From Vicugna vicugna (lineage: Eukaryota), in the NCBI GenBank assembly GCA_013265495.1, contig MU058198.1, forward strand, positions 4,603,779 through 4,667,778: 64,000 nt of DNA, read 5' to 3'. Position numbers and translations under genes: made by a program. This document shows positions 51,124 through 63,862 of the stretch, one piece after another; positions within the stretch are counted from its first letter, which is position 1, and each line of letters opens with the position of its first letter. The notes under the pieces were generated by a model. It worked only from the letters and a program-made list of their open reading frames with translations, had not been told where the DNA came from and searched no databases.

Positions 51124-51290
51124 TGTTAATGAAAAATTAATCAGTCTATCTAAGAAAGAAATGGAAATTTTTTCTGAGGATTGTTACCCAGGAAGAGCAT
51201 CTCAGAAAGTTCTGAGAACTGTTCCACTGGTTAGAAATCAAGGCACAGTTTTATACATTTTTTGAGACAGAGGGCTGTACATCAAATGAA
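51124..51290 (-). mobile_element. ERV1 LTR fragment
   Basis: tgttaatgaaaaa...acccaggaagagcatctcagaaagttctgagaactgttcc. Confidence 0.65.
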
Positions 51291-51299
51291 GAAGTCAAC

Positions 51300-51771
51300 T
51301 GTGGTAGCCAGTATCCAAGATGGCCCCAGTGATCTCCACTACCTGGTATCCTTTTTAGCAGTCACCTCCCACATCATGCCGAGACTGATCTGTGTGACCA
51401 ACAGCGTCTAGCAGAAGTGATGGCATGACCCTTCTGAGATGAGGTTCTGTTTCGGGTGCTTTCTTGTTACCAGCTCCCTTCTTCTCTTGGATGATTTGCT
51501 TTGGGAGAAGGTGGCCACCCTGTCGTGTGAGCAGCCCTATAGAGAGGCCCATCTGGCAAGGAACTGACACCTCCTGCCAACAGCCGTGCGAGTGATCTTG
51601 GAAGCACCTTGTCCACCCCCATCGAATGACTGCAGCACTAGCTGACACCTTGACTGCAGCCAGATTGCTGACCCTAAGATACCATATGAGATAATAAATG
51701 TTTGTTGTTTTAAGCCATTCATTTTGGCAGGGGTGGTGGGATTTGTTATGCAGCAATAGATAACTAATATA
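51300..51771 (+). mobile_element. MaLR solo LTR (MLT1F-like)
   Basis: tgtggtagccag...caagatggccccagtgatc...aataaatgtttgttgttttaagcca...ttgttatgcagcaatagataactaata. Confidence 0.92.
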
Positions 51772-51774
51772 CCA

Positions 51775-52110
51775 AGTAGGACTGAGATGTCAAGCAAAGT
51801 CCCAGCCTTAACTTGATCCTGCAGAGGCGCTCTGGAGTGGAAGTTACCCCTCCACGTTTGTCTTTACTCGAGGCAAGGGAGCAGGGTTTCCCTACTCTTG
51901 TTTCAGTCAGTTGATAGGCTGCCCTGACACTTCGGACTCTTCAAACCTGTGTACACAGAGGCTCCATTCATGCATGGGGGGACGTCCTCCAGAAAAGTCT
52001 AGGGTGTGACCCTTAGAAGCAACGCATACAGAAGCTGGTGGGAGGGATAGGTACTTAGAAATAGCAGAAGAGATTCAAGGGAATCTAGGCCGAGCCCCTG
52101 ACAGTGTTCC
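51775..52110 (-). mobile_element. ERVL LTR16-like fragment
   Basis: gctctggagtg...gaggcaagggagcagggttt...cagtcagttgataggctgccc. Confidence 0.65.
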
Positions 52111-52129
52111 AATAACCAGGCCATACCTG

Positions 52130-52670
52130 TCCTTGGACTCTGCCCTGTAGGTGATAAGGAGCCACCATAGAATTTCAAGCATGGGCATGATATAATTTAC
52201 TTTCTGTTTTGGCTCTGATCACAGTGGCAGCTAAAGAGGAAGGTGGCCTTATGAAGCTGTTGTATAATGATTTAGGGCAGAAATGCCAAAGATGGGAAGA
52301 CAGTGATGGACGCAAGAAACATTGGGAGGCAGAGTCAGCAGGACAGTGATGGAGAATTGGGACAAAGAAGAAGGAAGAGGAATTATGGGCGCCTGGATGG
52401 CTTCCAGGCTATTAAATTGGGGGAGAGAACAAGAGAGGGAGGGAGAGAGAATTTAAATTGTGAAGAAGGACTTTGAGCATTCAAGCCTTAAGCTCTTTTG
52501 ACTATCCCTTTTTTTAACATTCATCTTTGTTAAACATCTACTTCAAGATGCTGTGAGAATTACAGCAGCAGTGATCTAGGCAGTTTTCCCTGCCCTGAAT
52601 TCAAGACGTGATCAGAGGTGTAAACTGATCATCACAATACTGCAGGATAAGGACTACAGTTTTGGAAAAT
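52130..52670 (-). mobile_element. L2 fragments
   Basis: ttggactctgccctgtaggtgataaggagccac...tttcaagcatgg. Confidence 0.6.
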
Positions 52671-54169
52671 AGAAGTTTCATATTTACCATCATTTCTCCA
52701 CTATAAACGACATTTCTTCCTTTCTTTCACCCTCTATTTTCCTCCTCCTTGAGTTTTTCATCCTTCTTGTGGTTTTTCCCTCATCTCCATTTTTCTTTCC
52801 TCCTTTAATTCCCTGGGTCATTTAACATCTTGGCTGAAAGTTTCTCTTGGGCCCTGCCTCTGTTCCTGTATTTCTCTATTCCCTGTCCTGCCACTGTGGC
52901 TGTGTTACTTAACTCTGCAGTATCTGAAGAAAGCTTTTCTACTGAATCAAACTGTACGTGTGTGTCTGCATTGATGTCTTCTGTGTTGGTTGGTTCCCCT
53001 GAGAGGCTGGTGCCTGAACTGTAGCATTTGATATTCAGCGACACTGCTTGTGTGGCTCGCAATGTCCTATGTCTCAGATGTGCCCATGACAAGGGGTTTA
53101 GGTTTCAGAGAACTGTCACTCCTTAGAAGACAGGCATAGCTCCTAGTGATCATCATTAACAGTTGGATTTTCCAGTTCCAAGTCCCCCTGGATTTTCAGG
53201 GTCTACTTGTGCTCACAGCAGCAAGCCAGATGCTCTTCTTTGTAGTTCTCCTGGGGAAGCAAGCTCATTTGCAGGCAATGGGGTTGGCAAAAAATACTGC
53301 TGAAACTAACGGCTCCTTACTTCCAATCTTGGAGTGGCCTCAGCTGTCCCTCTCCATCCCATTTCCTCCTTGCTAATATCCTGCTCTTCAGAGCTTCCCA
53401 CATTGTCCCAGCTCCTTTATATAAGGTGGTGAGAGAACAGTTGGTAAGATGGAACCCAACACAGGCCCAGAGGTGAAGAGACTTTGAATATGTACCCCCT
53501 TTTATCACCTCCAATCCTGAAATGACTTACAAAAACTGCATGCGCAAAACACACTAGGAACTAACTCTGCCTGTGACCTGGTTGCTCTTTAGGTCCAGAT
53601 CTTTGTTTCTGCCCTTTCCCCTTTCCTCCAGGTTACAAGGGCTTGCTTGTTCTCTTGTGGGTTTGCTGAAGCAAAACTAACAAGTTTATTTCCCTGCCAC
53701 AGGCAGTAAACAACAGCGGACGCTACTTTGGACTAAGAGTACACAAAAACTCAGTTTCTCTTGAAACATTCAAAGATCTGACAAAACAGATTCTCTATCA
53801 AAGCACAGGAATAACCATTTGGAGCTAAGAAAGAGCTTTCTCCCTTTGATAGGGCTTAAGCTTTCCAGTTCACTCCAGGAGCTACCTGACCTGCAGCACC
53901 TCTCTTGCCCAGAAGCCTTCTGAGTTTACAATCCTTGCTTTTGACGAACCCCAATGACTGAGCCTAAATTGATATAATTGGTATAATTGAGTATGTAAAA
54001 GTCATCATTAATAGTTTTAGGTTGTTGTCATGAAAAGTAACTAGATCCTTTCCCGAGGAGCTCTGTGAGGGCTCCATCCTGGAGCAGCTCAGAGGTCTAT
54101 TTTTCTGTGTCCTTTAGAGAGAGCAAGTTGGCTGAGAGTCTTCTTCTGATGGCAAAAGTAGGATGGGCA

Positions 54170-55122
54170 ATTTCATGTCAAAAACTGAACCCACTGTTCC
54201 GTTTACTCACTTGTTCTTTCTCCTTTGTTCCACATTTTGGTTAACGGTCCCACCCATTGACTCAAGCTAGAACTCTAAAGATCACCCAATTTTGTTCTTC
54301 TGTTCCTTCTCTATAGCCAAGTTCACATCCAAGTTACCAACTTTTCTAACTTCCCTTTGTGTCAGTCTCTCCCTAGTCTGTTCACACGGCCACTGGTTTA
54401 GCTCAGATTTACAGCTGGACTATGGTCAAAAAAAAAAAAAAAGAAAAAAAGAAAAGAAAAGAAAAAACCACCCTAATTGGTATGTCTTAATTTTTCATGC
54501 ATCCCTCTCCCCACTCAAACTTCAGCCTGTAACCAGAAAGAGGTATCTAAAACAAGCATCGATCTGTTCATGTCACCCTCCTTTAAAAAACTCTCCAATA
54601 GTTGATTTGCCATTGTCCACAGAGGACAAACTCCCCAATTCAATGGTCTCCAAAATTTAGCTCTGTCTTACTTCACTTTTGTATCTTTCTATCCTTTGCC
54701 TCATACCCTGTGTCATAGCCACTCTGACACAGTGGTCAAAATGAACCCTTCATGTGTATGACTCTTTTTTTTCTGGTCTCCCTGCCTAGAATGTTCTACC
54801 TTCCATGGCTATCCAGAAAACTTTTACTCATACATGAAGTCTCAGCTCAGAGCTTACCTTTTCTTTGAAGTCTTTTTCTGGTCCTCCTCAGCGGTTAAAT
54901 CAGATTTAATCGTATCACTCCCTCCTCACTGCTCCAATAGCTATTTCCAATTTCATCTGTTAGAAGAGTTACTCTGATGGGCATAATTAGTTGTTCCCCT
55001 ATCACATTATTGACTTCTGGAGGACAAGTTTAAGTTTCATTAATTGTTGTAGTTCTACCATCCATCACAGTGCTGGGAACACTGTAGGTATCAGTAAGTG
55101 GCTGCTAAAAGGAGTGAATGAA
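54170..55122 (+). mobile_element. L2 3' portion with an internal A-rich tract (54428-54466)
   Basis: ccctgcctagaatgttct...catcacagtgctgggaacactgtaggtatcagtaagtggctgc...gtgaatgaat terminus. Confidence 0.78.
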
Positions 55123-55339
55123 TTATAAACAGACTACTCTGTGTCCTCTCAGAGAGATAAGGCCCAGACAATAATATGGGGTTCTTGGCAGAGGCTTAGA
55201 AACACCAGGGTTCATTTCATCCCGTCCCATTAAGCAGTCTAGCTGATCCTGTCTGCACATCTAAGTCTCTCTTACTCTTTCCTAGATCTTTACCTCTCTT
55301 AAGCCTTGCTTTCCAGTTTCTAATTCTCACCGTAGGACT

Positions 55340-55492
55340 GCCCACTCAACTTTGGCTGCACACTGGAATCATCTGGGGAGCTTTCAAAATACTGATGTCT
55401 ACATTTCATCCACAAAGATTTTGATGTCACTGGTCTGGGGGAAGCCTGGGCGTTGGTATTATCCTAATGTGTAGCCAAGGTTGAGAACTTCT
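55340..55492. mobile_element. MER5A-type hAT-Charlie MITE
   Basis: ctcaactttggctgcacactggaatcatctggggagcttt...aatgtgtagccaaggttgagaacttctg. Confidence 0.88.
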
Positions 55493-56717
55493 GTTCTAGG
55501 TCTTGAGTTGGTACTTCCAGTTCCATAAAACAAGAGGTTGCTCTACCATTTTCAACGGCTCTGTAGGTTCCAGCTTGGTCAGGTCAATACTAACCGGCTT
55601 CCCATTTTCAAGGGGAACCAGATGTGGGAGATAAAACTAAAAAATATTAAAATGCGCTCTTCCTGATCCTTTAGGTATTCACGTTGTTTTTCTTGACGTA
55701 TAAAATAAAGTTGGCCTCTGCAGGAATGCAAGCGTTGCTTGATACTCTGCAATTTTTTTCTTCCTCATCTATACTTTGGTTCTAGGATCTGGAAGCCATG
55801 GTTCTACCATCTTTTCTGGCTTTTCTCTCAACATTTGCCTTGTTTCATTGAAAATAGGCATCTTTCAGCCAACATCAAAATGACATGTTGAGAGTTTTTA
55901 GTATCCAACTTGTAAGCCAGGGTGAATCTTGAAATTGGCTCTCTATTGGAATAATCAGTGCGATCCAGGGGTCTTTCCAGCCCAAGTCCAGCAGGAACCT
56001 TAACCAGTGGTGACACTGTTATTTCTGTTGTTGTTATTATGGTGATGCTTCTAGAGGTGCATCAGACACTGTGGGGGACTGCACTGGAAGCTCTGTATGG
56101 TCCTGCCAGCCTGGCCATTTTGAGGATTTTAAAGATGCATCAAGTGAGCTCCCATAGGTGGAATAATAAACTCAAAGTATAATAAACTATTTTCAGCTTG
56201 TAGCGTTGACCAGAAAATATCAACAAGGAGGCTGAAAGCAGGAATGTGGTAACACCCATAGAGCATCTGAAACCCCAGAGGAATCTGGCTCGGTTCCACA
56301 CAATGAGCCAGAGATCCAAGTCTATGGCATAGAGTCTGTAGCCAAATTGAAGCAGCACTGTGGGAGTCTGGGAGCAATCCCAGGAACTTGGCAGCCTGAA
56401 CAAACTCAGTGACCTTCTTGAAACTGACAGCTCACTCTGGCTGCTCATCCTTCTCTTTTCAATCTTCTCTGCCTCTTTCACTTGCAGAGCTGGAAGGGAC
56501 AGCTTGACAATGTATCGTCTGGATATAAGACCCTCAGTCTTGCATTCTTGGTGGCCTCAACACAAGTGGAGGAAACTATGTAAACTACATAAATACTACT
56601 GTGGGTCAAGAGTAATATGTAAAGTCATAGGAGAGATTGGGATGGAAACATCCTTTAGTCATCCATTTTTTCAAAATCTTTTCAAAAGGATTGGGTTTGG
56701 TAAAACTGGGACACCAG

Positions 56718-57065
56718 TGAAGGGTACCAGAAAACACCACCTCAAAATATGCCTCTTTGGCTAACGGATCGTTTTGAGCTAAAGGCTCGCCATTAAGAAG
56801 CAGCAGATGCAAGAAATCTCTGAAAACTGGGCACAAGTTTTCCTTTTGGGAAGGAAATTTCCATTTATAAAGCTGGCTCTCATTCTCCTACCAGGAAGAA
56901 GAGGACTCTTAACAACTCATCTCAGGAGAAGGCACCAACTTAAATCCGCGTGACGAACTTTACCAAACAAGCCTTACGTACCATGCTTTTCCTGATCATC
57001 TTCCCATCATTTTCCTCCTCCTCTCAGAAGCCCCAAACCTCTTTTCCTTTGTTTAGCCTAAGAGA
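56718..57065 (+). mobile_element. ERV1 LTR (MER34-like), 3'-truncated
   Basis: tgaagggtaccagaaaacaccacctcaaaatatgcctctttggc...ttttgagctaaaggc. Confidence 0.82.
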
Positions 57066-57299
57066 GTAGATTCTGAGTTTCTCTAGAGCAAGAAAACTGT
57101 TCCCAGCCACTGGTGCAGTGCGTGGAAAACACCTACTTATTTATGTAATAACTAACTTAGTGATCAAATGGTTTTAAAAGGAAAGGAGTTCAGAGTTAAG
57201 ATCTCCTGTTTGTGACTTTTTTTATGAGCTGGCTGACGCTTATTCAGTAGTTGTTTTGACTGTGCTTCAAGGGCTCAGAGTGGAGCACAAACACTCAAT

Positions 57300-58040
57300 T
57301 TTTTATCTCCTACTGGTTTCCAGGTACTATGCAAGGCACGAGTGATACAAAAATAAAAAAAAAAAAAGACATCGTGCTTTCCCCTGAGAAGCTGAAAGCT
57401 TCACAAAACAAATGACATTCTAAGTAGGAGTTTTCCAGGTGAAGAGAAGGAGAAAGAATTACAAGAAGATAGACTCTTAAATGCTAGGACCCAGCTGCAA
57501 ACTTACTGAGGTAGTTACATGGAGTTAAAGATGTGTAAAAAAAGGGTGGTGATAGATAATGTTTGTAATGTAGTTCAAATGATGATCGACAGCAATTAAT
57601 GGATTTGAAGTGATCTTAAGTTTTTGTAAGAATGACTCTGGATACACATTTGGAAAATAAAATGGAAAGGCTGTCACTAGAGGCAGAAAAACCTATTGTG
57701 AAGTCATTTTATTTTTCTCATAAGAAAGGATGTGACCCAGAACCAATATTCAGAAATGGGGGAGGGTGGAAAATAAAACAAATTTAAGAGCAGTTTAGGA
57801 GTGGAAATCAAGAATATTTGGTGGCCATTTAGATATGGAAGAAATTGAAGAGTACTGTGACATTTCTAACTTTGGAAATTAGGTAGATGGTTTTACTATT
57901 AGTCCAAGATCAGAATGCAAGAGGGTGAGTACTTTATTAAGATAATGAGTTCCTTTTGATATGGTTAGTGGTGGAATACCTGTAGACATCCAAGTGGCTT
58001 TGTCCTGTATGAGTCTGGAACTCAGTGGAGAGGGACAGAC
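57300..58040 (-). mobile_element. L2 fragment
   Basis: ccaggtactatgcaaggcac...gagttccttttgatatggt...agacatccaagtgg...gagtctggaactcag. Confidence 0.7.
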
Positions 58041-58559
58041 ACTGACTTCCTTGGGACTCTCCATTTTTCTGAGTGGTTTACCCTAGAAGGAGAAAATTAC
58101 TCCTGTACTCTGTTCAGTTGCACTTAAACTGAAATTTACTCTCCTCATGAATATCATCTTAACTCCTCAAGTTTATGTCTTTTCTATAAAATGAGGTCTG
58201 ACTTACAGACCCAAGCTCCAAGTGCGCAGTCCATTGGTCAAGGACAATCTAGGATTTACCATCTTTTTTATACCCTTCACCCAGAGGCAGTTCAACACTG
58301 GTTGAACTAAAGAAATGCAAATTTAGGCTATGCTATTGGGGTCCTTTCTTTTGCCATATGGACTGGAAAACAGAAAAGGTAGGGTGGACCGTGACTTAAG
58401 AGCAACACCTACATACAGAGAAGGAGAGTAGAGAGACCAAGAGAGAGTTATGACAGTATGTGTTGCTGGTTCTGGTTGCAGTTCTGTTCTTAGAGGCTGT
58501 GGGATTCCCTAGTGTCCTTATGGAAAATTCTCCTTTTTTGAACAAGCTGCTTTGTAAAC

Positions 58560-59440
58560 ATACAGTTGTATATTTACGATCAGACAATACAATGCTGTGG
58601 CTTTGTTTATTATTAAACAATATAATTTGGCCAACTTTCCAGGTCAATGAGTATACATATACAAAGGCTGTATTTTATTTCTGATGAACATACCATGACT
58701 TATTTAACAAATTCTCCTTACAAATGGGTATTACGATTTCCAGTAAATTTGTTCCCACAATGAATATCCTTGACCATACTTTTAAAAAAATACTTGCATA
58801 ATTGTCTTCTTCCCATAAATTCTTTAAGTCAGATTACTGGTCAAAAGATATTTTCATTCAGAATTGTTTGCATATTGTCACATTTTCCTCCAAAAAAATT
58901 ATATTAGTTTGCACTTTCATTAAGAGTGATTGGGAGCTATTGTTTTCCCCAAGTTATTACCAATACTAGGTTTGGTAAATATTCTCCATATATGCAATCA
59001 GGTGGAAAAGTTCATGTCACATTTTCAACTTTGAGTTTACTTGACCAACAGGGAAAATGAACAACGTGTGTTTATTGGTAATTTGTGTTTCTTATTTTGT
59101 GAGTTGCCTCTTCAAGCCTTTTGATCATTTTTGATTTGGGAGTTCATATTTTATCATTGCTTTGTAAGCATTCTTTATATATTAGGACATTCACTCTCTA
59201 TTGTCTGAGTTGCATTCTCCCCACCCCCTGACTTTGTGCTTTGTTTTCCTTTGATTTTTGACCTTGTATGCATATATATTGGAAGAGTGCAGGCATTTTT
59301 AAAGCTTCTGTTGTCAAATTTCTCACCTTTTAATTTTCTCCTGGATTTCCTGTTTATGAAATGAAAGGCAATAACGTTCATTCCTATTTTGTTCTGGGAC
59401 TTTAATTTTTTATTTTTTTAAATATTTGATCCACCCTAGT
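58560..59440 (-). mobile_element. Old L1ME-like fragment
   Basis: ataccatgacttatttaac...gattactggtcaaaaga...gagttgcctcttca. Confidence 0.7.
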
Positions 59441-59890
59441 TTCTGACTTTTTGGATTTCTCACCCACAACCATTTGTTCCTAAAGTTCTTTCATTCTCTC
59501 TCTATAATTTCTTTGGAATGTATCCCCTCCTTCCACCTCCAACTTCCTTACGTTGGCCAAGAACTCATTATTTTTGGCCTGCATTACTGCAACAGCCTCC
59601 TAGCTAGTCTCTCTGCCTCCAACCTGAGAATTCTAAAATTCAGTCCCAGATGTTGCCAGAGTATGTTTTTCAAAAAGCTGTCCTGGGGAACTTCCAGGAA
59701 AGATTTTGATTCGAGCACAGTCATTTAATTTTTCTTTTTTTTCCTCCAAGATTTCCATGGCAAATACTGGCTGAAGGATTTTGAACTACTCCACAATTTT
59801 CAGAGTGCAGCTCTGGATATATTTTTAAATTTCTCAAAATTAGATCAAAAAACCTGCTACGGTCCCATGCTTCAGAAAGACAGGAGGTTT

Positions 59891-60666
59891 TGAGCCAGGA
59901 GGGGAGGGGGCAGGGCACAACTATGAAAAGAATGACACAGCAATTAGCACCAAAATGGTGGAAGATTCAGCTCTCAGTAGACCTTGAGCTTCCATATCGG
60001 CTCATTGAAATACAATAGCTGCTGAATGGCACTCCCACAGGCACCATGACAGTTTCAAGGCTGACCATAGAAGCTCAAAAAGTGGATGATGGCCCAGCTT
60101 CTGGGAATCCCAGCCCCTTCCCCAGAGAAACTGGATAATCCTCCCATTTGTTAGCATATGAAGTTACCAAGCCCATAAAAACTAACAACCTTGCACTTCT
60201 GGTCACTCTTTCTTGCCTTCTGAGATGACCCACATTCTGTCTTTGGAGTTCGTATGTACTTTTACTTTAAGCACCCCTACATCTCATTTTCTGAGACAAT
60301 CCCATGTTCTGAGGCCATTGCCCCTTGCCTCTCGAGATGGCCCACATTCTGCCTATGGAATGTGTATTTCCTAGGCCTGTCTCTCGCTCTTTCTCACCCT
60401 CAGAGATGGCCCATACTCTGTCTATGGAGAGTGAATCTACCTTTACCTTAAAGTAAAGACTCCCGCACCTTGTGGCCTCTCTGGCCTTGTGATTCTGTCT
60501 ATGGAATGTATAACTCTGTGAATAAATCTACCTTCACTCTACTATAGCTCACTCTTGAATTCTTTCCTGTGTAAAGCCAAGGACCCTCACGTGGTGGGGT
60601 TCATCCCAGGGACTCAGCTGAGACCTGGGACATGGCCATCCTCTTGTGCCCCATTATCCTGTATCA
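59891..60666 (+). mobile_element. Complete ERV1 solo LTR, MER41-like (laurasiatherian type)
   Basis: TG...CA termini, exact 4-bp TSD gttt (59887-59890 / 60667-60670), AATAAA near 60521, cttgaattctttcctgtg...aagccaaggaccc. Confidence 0.88.
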
Positions 60667-60829
60667 GTTTGGTGTAACCTTATATTGGATCTTCTGATTT
60701 AAGACACAAAACACTACTGACCATGTAGATAGCCCTCAGAGCAAGAGGAATTTCTATGGGTTTGATAATAGTCCCTCTGTGACAAAGACTTTTACCAATT
60801 ATCTGTGAACTCCTTCACATTTCCGAGCT

Positions 60830-61103
60830 TCCTTGCTATTAGGTTCGAGCCATGTGATTGGTTTTTGTCAATAGGCTGTGAACTTCTGTGAGGTGTGACA
60901 TGTCCAAGGGGAAGCTCTGAGAGAGAACATATGGTTCCTCCACTTTATTGTTTCCCTCTGCCATGAGACTGTTATTCATCCTGTGACCTATAATGAAGAA
61001 AATGTGGGCTAGAATTGCCATCAGCTCGCAGTGAGCTTGAAATAGGAGTAAGGAACGAATCCCTGAGATTTCGGCATCATTTCCCTCTGAAACATAACTC
61101 AGC
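60830..61103 (+). mobile_element. MaLR LTR (MLT1J-like) fragment
   Basis: gccatgtgattgg...ttccctctgccatgaga...ctgagattt. Confidence 0.65.
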
Positions 61104-61109
61104 AATAAT

Positions 61110-62990
61110 TCCCAGAGACAAAGGCAGAAACTGCAAGTCCTCTTAAAGTCTCCACTCTGAACTAGACTCTGCCTAGGATCTGTCTCATCCTTGAGATGAT
61201 CTTTACCCTGAGGCCATTTCTTGTGTTGAGATCTTTATGCTGTCCTGAGAATCTGGAACTGAGAAACAGTTTTGTTTTTGAACCTAGAGGTCCTGGCTCC
61301 CTTTATATTTCCTCTAAATTATTATTGCAATTGAAAACTAAACTTTTTTAGCTCATCTCTTTCCATTTGCAGTTTATTGATTTATTATTTTTGAAATAAT
61401 AAAATAAAACTAAACTTTTTTAGCTCATCTCTTTCCATTTGCAGTTTATTGTATGTAGCTAAACAAAATCTACCAGCAGTTTCAACATTCCTCCTGGCAA
61501 TCTCCTTAGCTGAATCAATAAGTTTATTATGTGTCGCTTCTATATTCTGGTGATCAAAGAATTCGCAGGACAGCTTAGATTCAGAAGAGGAGGAAATGGA
61601 TTGGGGTGGGTGTCAAAGAATTTGTGGTCATCTTTTATCTGCTACAGCCTACTCTCTGGCCACAAATATATTCCTCTCACATGAAAAACACACCCATTCT
61701 AAGACCACCTAAGCCTTACCCTATCACGGCATTGATTCAGATTCCAGGGATTACCATCTAAATCAGGTCCCAGTATAGATGAGGCTCTTTGGCTATGTCC
61801 TTGAGTATGGTTGCTCTTGATCTGAGGACCTATAATTTAAATAACTAAGCTACCTATCTCCTAAATAGACCTAGCATGCAACAGAAAGACACAACAGACA
61901 GTAAAAAGGGGGGAAATAGAGAGCACACAGCAGTTGTTAATCTAAAGCAGTTTTGAAATACAGCCAAGAATGTGTTGCTGGTTCTCTGACTTGGGCCCAT
62001 GTTTTACTCCCCAATAGTGCGTTTCCATGGCTCTTGGTTATACAGTGTAAGACCATTCCACTCCGTAAGAAATTGATCAGGTATGCAAGTGAGGTGCCTT
62101 CTCAGCCTTCTTCCATTAGAAAGTTGGAGACCCATAACTTTATGCTATTTCAGTCCCTTTTATAAATTGCCAGTACTTCCACAAATTTAATTATCTTAAA
62201 TATTATGTGAGTTTCCTATAAATCATACTGAGTTTCACTCCATTAGACTAAAACAACACTCCCAAATCTTTTTGTGACGGATTCTTTCTGGCTTCATTTT
62301 AGAGTTGGAGTGCAATGAAACAACACTAGTAAGATGCTTAGAAGTCTTTTTGTCTAGCTGAGAGTTCATAAGGCATGCCCATGGGTGTTAACAAAGGATC
62401 TCAGTCTCATCCATGCAATGATCTTTACCCTGAGGCTATTTCTTGTATTGAGAAATTTTGCTGTCTTGAGAGACTGGGAATGAGAAATAGTTTTATTTTT
62501 GAATCTAGGAGTCCTGGCTCCCTTATCTTTCCTCTGAATTATTAATGAAATTGAAAACTAAAGCGTTCATCTCTTTCCATTTGTACTTTTATATGTAGCT
62601 AAACAAAATCAACTGGCAGTTTCAACATTCTTCCTGGGAATCTGTTTTCCACGTTACCTCAGACAACAATGTTGCCAAACTTTTCACCGTGAAGGATACT
62701 TATCCTCTTCATTCCAGGCTCTAATAACAAGTTCCTTACTTTCCTAAGACTCCTTTAGTCTCTTCCAGCTCTTGTCTACAACTCAGTCCAAAAGACAGTT
62801 TCACATATATTATTGGTGGTGGTGTTTAATGGCAGCACACCATTCCAACTACTAATTTATGAGCTGATCATTTACTGTTGTATTTTACAAACCACTTCAA
62901 AACTTAGAGGTATAAAACAAAAGCAGATTTATTATGCTTACAATAATTTGAGCTTGGGATTTAGTTAGGGCATAACAGGGACCATTATTA
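61110..62990 (-). mobile_element. MaLR (MLT1) element with internal region: 3' LTR remnants 61110-61645, internal ~61646-62858, 5' LTR remnant ~62859-62990
   Basis: LTR start in antisense (tgtcaaagaatttgtggtcatcttttatctgctaca); MLT1-int-type text; LTR end in antisense (acaaaccacttcaaaacttag). Confidence 0.7.
61334..61451. repeat. Exact 46-bp direct repeat with a 26-bp hairpin spacer
   Basis: aaaactaaac...gcagtttattg at 61334-61379 and 61406-61451; spacer contains tttattattt-ttg-aaataataaa. Confidence 0.93.
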
Positions 62991-63289
62991 CTTGTCTGTG
63001 CTGTATAATATAGCAATAGATAATTAATGATGTTATTCTACCCTTTTCTCATGATAGTATGTGTGGCAGAAAACTTTTCTTTTTAGTTTATAGGTTTAGG
63101 AATCAAGATGTAGAGATCTTGGCCTTTGTGCCTATTGCCATCATTAAATGGGACTTCCAGGCGAACCCCTTTAGGGAGGGGAGGAGTGTTTTGTGTGTGT
63201 ATGTGTAGAAGGAATGGAAGTGACTATGCAAGAAAAGAAGGAACACAGCACTATAGTCATAATATTTGCTGTTTCTTCCTCTGGGGGAC

Positions 63290-63862
63290 AATTATACTTC
63301 TCCACTCCATTGATACCTGACAGACCATGTAACTTTCTTTGGCCATGAAATACGAGCAGACATGTGATGTGTCATTGTGAGCGGGAGTTTTATGGTTACC
63401 TTAAGATGCTTCCCTTTTATCTCTTCCCTCTGCCATGAGAGTGGCATGTCCTGGATAAGTGCTGCTTTCTCAGCCTTGGACCTGGAGTGAAAAATATGTG
63501 CAGCAGCTGATTCACGATGGATGTGTAACGTGAGCCTGAAATCAACCTTTGTTGCTGGAAGCCATTGAGATTTCAGGATCACTTGTTACTACAGCATTAC
63601 TGAACCTAAGTTGACTCATACAATGACCCTCCAGTTCTCTTTCTGCTTCATGGAGACTGCCTGCCTGTCTGCCTGCCTGCCGTGAGTCTGTGTAACTGTG
63701 GGGAGAAGAGCACATGTGGACCTACATCAGATTTGTAACAGAAACAGAAACAGTACATCAACGTTTCTTTTCTCTTTTTTTCTGTTAAGCCTCTGAAATA
63801 TGGGAATTATGCTTTTTTAAAAAAAAACCCTGCAACATAAATAAGCCTATTCTGACTTATAC
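63290..63862 (+). mobile_element. Two adjacent MLT1J/I-like LTR pieces (63290-63622, 63630-63862)
   Basis: aagccattgagattt...ttgttactacagca...tgactcataca; aagcctctgaaat...ctgacttataca. Confidence 0.75.
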
